Assembly (NCBI RefSeq): GCF_036588685.1
Contig: NC_086373.1
Coordinates: 64,604,001 to 64,668,000 of the forward strand
Source: Mytilus trossulus
Lineage: Eukaryota
Direction of reading: 5' to 3'
Length of the DNA: 64,000 bases
The notes below the pieces were generated by a model. It was not told the DNA's origin and did not search any database. It saw only the letters and a program-made list of their open reading frames with translations. Below, one piece after another: positions 54,601-64,000 of this stretch. The translations under genes and the position numbers were made by a program. Each line of letters begins with the position of its first letter. Within the stretch, counting starts at the first letter, position 1.

Positions 54601-57600
54601 TATATAAGGTTGAGAAATGAGGATCTAATCATTTATTATTCGACCGCAAACAATTTTTGGGAATGTATAATGGAATGATGTCGTCATTGTTGTTGTCTGA
54701 AGACACATTGGTTTCCGGACAATAACTGTAGTTTAAATTAATGGATATCTATGAAATTTTGTTATAAGGTTCAATTCCCCTAAAGGAAGGTTTGGATAAA
54801 TTTGGAGATGATGGTCCTTGGAACACAACAGATTGTCTTGAGGTGCTGCACACATGTGCCAAATATCAAAAGATTTTATCAAAGGGCAAACAGATAATGC
54901 TCCTGACACAAAATTGTAAACAAAAGTCATATTTTTACTTTGAGGTCAAAGGTCAAAGTACAGCAAAAAATTGTATTATAGGTATCTGTGGAATTGACTT
55001 ATGATCTAGATGCCAATTCAGTGAGAATTTTCTTGCATCTTCCAACTAAGAACTTTCATGGTGAAAATTTGTACAAAAAAGGCCTACAGGAAAGGAATAG
55101 TGTACATTTTATGCTTGCTATGGCAACCAAAGGAACAAAGTGGCGACAAGACTACAACTTTTTTTCTTTATTTTTTTCATCAAAAACTCACTAAAACATG
55201 ATAAATACAATAAAGATGCAAAAGTGTATTGGTATTTTGCATCTTAATCCATGTAATACCATTTTGGTTTGCCAAAGCATAATTTTCTCAATATTACAAT
55301 TTTCCTTATTTTTGGCATTTTTTTACTGAATTGTTTTAAAAAGAGTAAAAAAGATACCAAAAATTGTACTTTCATATTTTTATGCCCCACCTACGATAGT
55401 GCCTCCGTTCGTCTGTCCGTTCGTCGTCTGTCCCGCTTCAGGTTAAAGTTTTTGGTCAAGGTAGTTTTTGATGAAGATGAAGTCCAATCAACTTGAAACT
55501 TAGTAACATGTGCCCTATGATATGTTTTTTCTAATTTAAATGCCAAATTAGAGTTTTGACCCCAATTTTACGGTTCACTGAACATAGAAAATGATAGTGT
55601 AAATTTCAGGTTAAAGTTTTTGGTCAAGGTAGTTTTTGATAAAGTAGAAGTTTAATCAACTTGAAACTAAGTGTACATGTTCCCTTTGATAACATCATTA
55701 TAATTTTAATGCCGAATTAGAGAATTTATTCCAATTTCACGGTCCACTAGACATAGAAAATGATAGTGCGAGTGGAGCATCCGTGTACTGTGGACACATT
55801 CTTGTTTTAAACCAACATAGTTCTAGACTTCCATATCAGTAGTAAGTCATAAATGTTGTTTTCCTCTGGTGATGGATAATTGAAAACGGTTAGAAACTGG
55901 CTTTTCTTAAATTTTCTCTATTTTTCTTATTTTAGCATTTTTTTTACCTTATTTTTTTTTTTAAATCAAAAAGATACCAAAAATTTCATTTTCATCATTT
56001 TTCACACCAAAATAGTACTAGACTTGCATATAGGTAGTTTATTCATAAGTGTTGTTTTCCTCTGGTGATGGATAATTGAAAACGGTCAGAAAACGGCTTT
56101 TCTCAATTTTTCTCAATTTTCCCTATTTTAGCATTTTTTTACCTTATTTCTTGAAAAAAATCAAAAAGACACCAAACATTTTATTCTCATTAGTTTTTAC
56201 ACCAACATAGTACAAGACTTACATATAGGTAGTTAATTCATAAAGGCTGGTTTTCTCCAATGATTGATCATTTAAAACGGTTAGAAACTGGCAGTTCTCA
56301 ATTTTCCTTATTTTAGCATTTTTTGACCTTATTTTTTGAAAAAAATCAAAAAAGATACCAAAAATTTTATTTCAATTATTTTTACACCAACATAGTTCTA
56401 AACTTCCATATAGATAGTTTAGTCATAAGGGCTGTTTTTCTCCAATGATGGATCATTGAAAACGGTTAGAAACTGGCATTTCTCAATTTTCTCAATTTTC
56501 CTTATTTTAGCTTTTTTTTACCTTATTTTTTGAAAAAAATCAAAAAGATACCAAAAAATTTTATTTTCATTATTTTTTACACAAACATAGTACTAGACTT
56601 CCATATAGGTAATTTTGTCATAAGTATTGTTTTTCTCCGATGACGGATAATTGAAAACAGTAAGAAACTGGCTTTTTCCCCATACATTTCAATGGAAAAT
56701 AGCGGTTTGAGCCCTTATATTGAATTTCATTTAAAAAAATGTCAAATTCACAAAAAATTGAAAAAAAAATTATATGTTCCCAGTCAGTATGTTATACTGA
56801 AAGGGTAAAATATAAGTTAGACCAATTTTTTTTTTTTTAGTTGAACAGTCCTGCCTGGTGCTCTCTGACATTGCCTCTTAAAACATATACATAAAAAAAA
56901 TAGAGATGAGGAATCTTCCAAAGGGCAAACAAAATACCCTAATTTGGACGAAACTCAAAACCAGGATGAAACTAGTGAATTCCAAGTGGTAACAATCACC
57001 CAATTTGTTATGTTTATGTGTTGTACAAAAAAAGATGCAGCTTATTATGAGTCTCTGCCAAAGCACACTCTCAGAAACAACAAACTGTTAATATATAAAT
57101 TATGTATGACTTTATTTCTTTTCTTTTTTCGTAGCATGCAATTCCATTACCAGAATCTTTGAAAGTTGATGCAGAAACTTTAAAGAATATTATGGTACGT
57201 AAGATACATGTATATGTTTGAAATTCTGCGAAGACATCATATTTTTGGTTGCCTGCTGTTATATGATTATTTTAGATAGCCTTATTCATACCATTTATTT
57301 AAGATTCATCATTATCATTGTTCATAATCATATTAAAGGATGAAAATTTAACTGCATTATTTTGATGAAATTTTCAAATTGGTGTGTTTAATTTTTGCAC
57401 TTTATATTAAATAACGAGCACAAAATAAACTAATATTTATGATGAAGTAAGAAAGGGAGATAAATATTGTATATATTTCATACATTGGATTATTTGATAT
57501 AGAAGTCAGACATATAATTGTGAAACACACTTTAAGTTTATATACTTAAAAATAGTAAAGAATGAACTATATATTCAACTCTAAAGTAAGATGTAGGAAA

Positions 57601-60600
57601 ATTAAAAAAAAGACATTAAAAGGAGAAGATGAATCACCAATACATCAACGAATAAAATTGAGAATGGAAATGGGGAACAACCACATCCCAACCATGCAAA
57701 CCACTCCAAAACCACAGACAATAACTGTAACAGATCACATCAACCACAGCAGACAAAATGGACAATGCAAACAAACCAAGACAAACAATACACATTATAG
57801 GTAGCCTGATTTGGTACAGACACACAATAATGTAGGTTTAACCAAGTTTTGAGGGCACATCAACCTCATTTTACCTTCTTAGACTGTTTTGTAAAACTAA
57901 AACACACAATAAAAACAGTGCACAATGCAGCTACCAACACAAAGTCCAGAATCAGAAATTATGATAAAATTAACTTTGCTTTTTAGATAGGAACAAAAAA
58001 ATTCCGACAGTTATCAAGATTTAGCACCATAATGGAAGATGTTGCACAGTTACAAAAATTAGTAAGTTTAATTACATCAGTTGATATAAAAAAAAAAGAA
58101 AAATAAAGTATTTCTGTAACATTTTGACTAAAATGAATGACAATTCAGTAAAGAAGTTAATTAGAGATGAAAAATACTTTTTAACACAAGTCTTGTATAT
58201 CATAGAAATACATCTTATACTTTTGAATACTTGAATATCATAGAAATACACACAGATACATTTGTGTTTTACATGTTTTATGCTTATAAGGAATCATATC
58301 ATGACACAATTCCTGTTGTGAACAAATTGTAAAGCGAAACAGAGTTACTTACAGCATAAATGATATCTGTATAAGCACTTTATCGGTAATTCGTATATTT
58401 TCCCTTTGATTTTACTGCCTAATATTTTCAAGTATCAACATACTGGCTGTATCACTAAAATTATTAGGCAATACATTGTGTGACATCATAATTACCGATA
58501 AACAGAATAATAGGTAGTTTCGTTTTTGATACTGACTATATTATATGAAATATCTCAACTAACCCTAACAGGCTCGTGTAGATATTCCACATGATATCAG
58601 AGTTGGGGTAATTGTAATTGTAATTGTTAATCAGCTGTAATTGATTACAATTTTTAAAGTAATCATTGTAATCACATAGATGCCAACCATTACGATTTGC
58701 CCTTAGTTTTTCTGATTTTGCAATAAAAACTACGCTATTACGGTCAAAGTCAAATAGTTACGGATTCCCAATCATCACCGTTCAATTTTGTAAAACGCGG
58801 ATTTTTATCATGACTTTTCCGTCATGGTCCGGTGCTTAGAAAATGCCAATGTAATGCTTCCGGTTTCCCGGGAGTTATCAACCTATTGTTAGGTAACTAA
58901 CTGACTTCCGAAGAGGCAAACTTGCATTTTATGAATTAGCTTTCCCCCTTTCTCTACTTCTCCTTGACAAAACGAAAATGTACGAGTCGAGAACATCTGA
59001 ACAATTAATGAATGGAATACATACCACAGACAACATGTTAAACAACAAATTTTAGTGCATATTACTTTGCAACCACTCATCAGTAATTTTTATTGGTAAA
59101 TGCACGTTTATGAATGATTACTGAAAACTTTTCAAAAATACGGAAAATTTGATAGTTTGTTACTGATTGTGTCAAAAGGGGGTTGGCATCTATGTAATCA
59201 TTAATTAGCCAAAAATCTGATTACATGTAATTTAATTTAATCAATTACTTTTCAAAATACCCTGTAATCCTGATTACTTTATGATTACATTCTGATTACA
59301 ATGAAAAACATCTTAAACTGTGTTTATGGTCAATAAAGGAAACTTTTTATTTTTCTTATTCAATTTATATTGAACATGTCATCATGTAAAGATAGTTTGA
59401 TTTACTTTTTTTTTATAAAGCATGACAATTGGTTTGTATACTTCAGTAAAATAAAAACTGTTACAGTATTGAAAAGTCGTCAATAGCCTAAGAAGAGACA
59501 TATAAATTAATACAATGATGATATAGTCAGTATCAAAAACGAAACTACCTATTATTCTATATGTTTTTGACATTTAAATTGTATCTAAATCAATTTGAAA
59601 AATTGTTACCATTGATACAGATATAATATCTTTTACAGAATACTCCAGAGATACAAGCATTTGATTTGGTGGCAGTACAACCCTTAACAGAAAAGATTTT
59701 CCATGTAAGCGAACAAAATATTTTAGCATAAAATTTTGATTGCAAAAGGGAGTATTAAAATTTATTGTATTAGATTTTATAAAGTATAGTTTAACATATG
59801 AAAAAGCGCATTGAATAATGTTATTTATTCAAGAAATCAATAAACATAAGTACTGGTCATTATTATTTGAGACTCCAAAAGAAATTAAACAGTTCTATTA
59901 AATCTTTTCACTAAAACTTAAACTATGGCAGATCTGAAGTATTTTCTTTACACATGTATGAAATATAAAACAGATATTGGGTTTACAGATTATTTTATAA
60001 AGTAGATTAAAAAGGTTTTGCCTAAGAAACAGACATGACGAAAATCATTATCTTTTGATGATATTTTCCTTTATGTCTAGTGGCAAATATTTCATACAAG
60101 ACATTTAATTCTGAAGTAACATTCAATGTATTTTATACCATTGTCACAGGAGAAATGAATAGAGTAATAAGAATAATAGTTGTAGAATGGATAAGGGGAG
60201 ATAATTAGAATAAAATCCTATTTGCTACTATTTTGTTAAAAAAATCAACTTATATTACCAAGCACACAAAAAAATGAAGATGTCTGTATATTGTAATGTC
60301 AGATTGCCTTATCAATGGAATATACACCACATCTCATTTATGTATAAAATACTTAACATTACCAATTTAAGACAAATTATGTGTTTAGTCGGAATATATT
60401 TTTATGCCAAAGTCAGTGTCCAGGACACAGAAAAAATGTTACTTAACAGAGTTTGTCAATGCTTCTGTTTTGTATAAGTTGAGTGACATGTAACATTTTT
60501 TCCAGTTTACCCACTTTTCACTTAGTAAAAAGCGCAGAAAATTAGTTACCATCTAGGTCATATATGACATAATCATTCTGTTTGTTTACTATGTTTTTAG

Positions 60601-63600
60601 AATTTATTATGTTCACTTCTCTGAAGAAGAGTAATACAAACAATTTATGCAAATGAAAATATTCTCTTCATTAGGTTGCAGTGAGTTCATTGAAGATTGA
60701 CATAATTACAGTAGATGTAACACAGAAGTTACCTTATCCAATAAAAAGACCTCTAATTAATGTGGTAAGTTAATGAAATCATTTATATAGAAGTAACTAC
60801 ATTGTATATAAAATTGATAATGGAAATGGGGAATGTGTCAAAGAGACAACAACCTGACCGTAGAAAAAAAACAACAACAAAACAGCAGAAGGTCAACAAC
60901 AGGTCTTCAATGTAGCAAGAAATTCCCGCACTCGGAGGCGTCCTTCAGCTGGACCCCAAACAAATATATACTAGTTCAGTGATAATGAACGCCATACTAA
61001 TTTCCAAATTGTACACAAGAAACTAAAATTAAAATAATACATTAGATAGAAGACTTTTTAAACTATTCATTATAGATAAAGATATATCAAGGGTAATACA
61101 ACATTTCACCAATTAAGATTTACCAAATTTGAATTATGCAAGAGCAGAGAAACATTGTATTACACTAGATTTTATCGTTTTTGATGTGCAATAATTAAAG
61201 TTACAAAATATTGTATTTCACAGAAAATTTGAAACGAAAAGTCCAGTATTTAAATGGCAACTCTAAAAGCTCAAACACGCTCAAATGACTGGACAAACTG
61301 ACATATTTGTGACAATAATAGGCCAAAGCCATTACAATTTCTAATAAAGTAAACTGATGAAGTTACAGTTCCAAGAAAGACCAATTACTTTACACATTCC
61401 TCTTGGGGTGTTTCATCCTTGCCTTTATTACCTTCTCAACATTGCATGATTTTTTTGGGAGCAGCAAATGTCAATTTTAATGTCTTTGTTTGATCTGGTG
61501 TGTAATTAAACCCCCAACCTACGATTTTATGTAGGTTGACAACATTTTTAAGGAGCAGTAGAGGCAGTTTAATTTACTTTGATGTATAGCTTGGCTTGCC
61601 TGTGCATGCAATCAATTTATAATGATAGAAGTTAAATATCGTGTATGACAAAAACATTATAGATTACTATTCATAATAATGAAATTTCTGATTATTTTTC
61701 AGGCATTAGAACGGGGAATATATTTTGAAATCCAGTATAGTCCTGCTATAAGAGATAGTACAAGTAGAAAATATATGATAGCAAATGCACAGACTTTAAT
61801 AAGAGTTTGCAAAGGAAAGGTTAGTCAGACTGAGTATAAAAGTTATTTTCATTGTTTAGCAACTGGTTAGAATATTTTTTCTTTTCATGTGAATTTCTAA
61901 CATATTATGAATAATGGATATTATATTTGGTACATGTAATTCTGGCTAATTCTACATAAATTTCAGACAGATATTAACCGTTTTCAGAATAATTAGATTT
62001 TTTTCCTGAAATAAATTTTCAGAATTACTGGTTCACCAAAATATTATATTCACATCTATATATTATCCACAACAACTGTGCAAAAAAGTTGAAAATGTTT
62101 GGCCTTTTCCCTATACTTTTAGATTTTTTGTATTTACAAAAATTGTTGTCAGAAAAACAAAGTGGGGTTTGCATACCCTCGATGTGGGGTCCTGGAGGAT
62201 GCAGGGGTTTAATAAAGTCTGAAATGTGTTCATAACTGTACTATTAATGATGAATAATTCTATTGCAGAATGTGATCATTAGTAGTGGCTGCCTAAAGGT
62301 AAGTTATATTTTCAAGGTACTTTAACTAAACTTTTTGACAGGATCCCATCAAAACATGATTCATTTGATCCTTCACTTGTTATTTTGGAAACATGATAAA
62401 AGGGAATGTGGTATTTATCAATGAAACAGCAATACATGAACACCCAAAAATTAAGAAATTTATTTTACATTAGTTTAGGCTGCGATGAACATCCTCTGAA
62501 TGTCTGATAAGAAACACTTGAGATGTATTTTCTAAAACCAGTTTTTGAAGTGTTAACAAGGGGAAATTACTGTATATATGAAGGTCAGAATAGGATTTGG
62601 GTATTTACTTTTTAAATTTTTAGCTCACCTGGCCCAAAGGGCCAAGTGAGCTTTTCTCATAACTTGGCGTCCGTCGTCTGTCGTCGTCCGATGTTAGCTT
62701 TTACAAAAATCTTCTCCTCTGAAACTACTGGGCCAAATCAAACCAAACTTGGCCACAATCATCATTGGGGTATCTAGTTTAAAAAATGTGTGGCGTGACC
62801 CGGTCATCCAACCAAGATGGCCGCCACGGCTAAAAATAGAACATAGGGGTAAAATGCAGTTTTTGGCTTATAACTCAAAAACCAAAGCATTTAGAGGAAA
62901 TCTGACATGGGGTAAAAATGTTTATCAGGTCAATATCTATCTGCCCTGAAATTTTCAGATGAATTGGACAATCGGTTGTTGGCTTGCTGCCCTCCAATTG
63001 GTAATTTTTAAAGAAATTTTGCCGTTTTTGGTTATTATCTTGAATACTATTATAGATAGAGATAAACTGTAAACAGCAATAATGTTCAGCAAAGTAAGAT
63101 CTACAAATAAGTCAACATGACCTAAATGGTCAATTGACCCCTTAAGGAGTAATTGCCCTTTATAGTCAATTTTTAACAATTTTTATTAATTCAGTAAATT
63201 TATGTAAATTTTTACCAAATTTTTTTCTCTGTTACTAATGGGCAAGATTCATTATAGATATAATTGTAAGAAGCAAGAACGTTCAGTAAAGTAAGAACTT
63301 CAAATTCATAACCATCACCAAAATACAATTTTGTCATGAATCCATTTGTGTCCTTTGTTTAATATGCACATAGACCAAGGTGAGCGACACAGGCTCTTTA
63401 GAGCCTCTAGTTAATTATAACGAAGCAATTTACAAATAACTAATATGACAGATGTGACCTAACTAACAACTGTTCTAGTACAGGCTGCCACTTGGGACAT
63501 GCACATATAAACAAATGTTTGGGATTTAGATAAGTATGTGAACAATTCCTTTAATTTGGACTGTGGTGTATCATGTAGAGCACAACGGGAAAAAATTCGG

Positions 63601-63854
63601 TACAATTGGCTTTACTCAATAGATGAGTTCAATGGCACAAAATTGACTAATATTAAAAAAAAAATAGACATAGACATGTTAAGTACACAAATAAAAGTTC
63701 TCACAACTACTGTACTTTTTTAAATCCAATTACCAGTAGTAAACATGTTCTTTCACACTAAAGTGTATTTTTGTGGATTCTCATAAAAATTTTAAAACAA
63801 ATTTGTATATTTTTAGGCAATGGATTTGAGAGGACCACATGATGTTGCTAATTT
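48686..63854 (+). CDS. RPP30: Ribonuclease P/MRP protein subunit p30, exons 1-9 (3' end outside the window)
   Basis: In-frame exons 48686-48764, 50033-50115, 57135-57194, 57987-58061, 59639-59704, 60675-60764, 61703-61819, 62269-62298 and 63817-63854: MANFMDFNV...AAKLGYSVAAVNH...FDLVAVQPLTEKIFH...IDIITVDVTQKLPYPIKRPLINVALERGIYFEIQYSPAIRDSTSRKYMI...KGKNVIISSG..MDLRGPHDVAN. Confidence 0.93.
49223..49397. repeat. Short repeat element built of atcccgaaatc-like units
   Basis: Repeated (a)atcccgaaatc(c/t)..gcttaaaaa units ending ggtcctatcccccc. Confidence 0.65.
54195..54320. mobile_element. Short GC-rich MITE
   Basis: cagtggcggatccag ... taaatccacctctg imperfect TIRs around ggggggcccact repeats. 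Confidence 0.65.
55290..56690. repeat. ~190-bp satellite-like tandem array (5-6 diverged units), interrupted by a Helentron-like insertion
   Basis: accaa(c/a)atagt(t/a)ctagactt at 55811, 56006, 56201, 56386 and 56581; the first unit is split at 55376-55808. Confidence 0.85.
55376..55808 (+). mobile_element. Helentron-like non-autonomous element
   Basis: tttttatgccccacc 5' end, gtcc/gttc microsatellite, two ~170-bp internal repeats, 3' gtggagcat plus hairpin; inserted in a T run. Confidence 0.75.
58675..59194. mobile_element. 520-bp MITE with 14-bp perfect TIRs and a 6-bp TSD, nested in a gtaatc/gattac-rich repeat
   Basis: taatca|catagatgccaacc ... ggttggcatctatg|taatca. Confidence 0.85.
62617..63413 (+). 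mobile_element. Helentron-like non-autonomous element
   Basis: tttttagctcacctggcccaaagggccaagtgagc 5' hairpin, gtc microsatellite, 3' ggtgagcga plus hairpin aggctctttagagcct, TT flank. Confidence 0.8.
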
Positions 63855-63863
63855 GTATCCTTT
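63855..63863 (+). other. RPP30: U12-type (minor spliceosome) 5' splice site of RPP30 intron 9
   Basis: The exon ends gct aat tt and is followed by GTATCCTTT, the exact U12 donor consensus. Confidence 0.85.
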
Positions 63864-64000
63864 GTCATTTTGATAGTCTGTCCCCCACTGATAGTCATGA
63901 TGATTTCATCTAATGGTTCATTCAACTCATGATTAAATTCACTGACAAGTTCTATTGATCAGATCAGGGAACATTTTTACAATGCATCCATTATATTAGG

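Noticed and set aside
55113-55128. Strong X-box-like ttgctatggcaac
   Set aside because: Sits in a repeat-rich intron far from any inferred start site.
63897-63945. C/D-box snoRNA candidate (ATGATGA...CTGA) in the RPP30 U12 intron
   Set aside because: Only 49 nt between box ends, no convincing terminal stem, and no rRNA guide recognised.

Overview
AT-rich, intron-containing animal genomic DNA; the repeat families and gene content look like a bivalve mollusc (Mytilus-like; inference). Genes, left to right: two paralogous single-exon B-box/coiled-coil/beta-propeller (TRIM-like) genes, each broken by a 1-nt insertion (5657-7322, 14640-16302, +); the last four coding exons of imidazolonepropionase AMDHD1 (24756-27312, +; its 5' exons were not found in the window); a complete CFAP100/CCDC37 gene (47074-30424, -); and exons 1-9 of RPP30 (48686-63854, +), head-to-head with CFAP100 and running off the window end. 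Less obvious signals: minimal type I hammerhead ribozymes (a 352-nt-period retrozyme-like array at 3.7-5.4 kb and two intact solo copies antisense in AMDHD1 introns); two paralogous 157-nt CFAP100 exons that can only be used mutually exclusively; a U12-type donor in RPP30; a 4.15-kb TAG...CTA element with a 9-bp target-site duplication and non-transposase cargo; an ORF1-only LINE derivative; a three-layer nested MITE stack between convergent 3' ends; and several Helentron-like and TIR non-autonomous elements. All calls were made by eye, without database searches.
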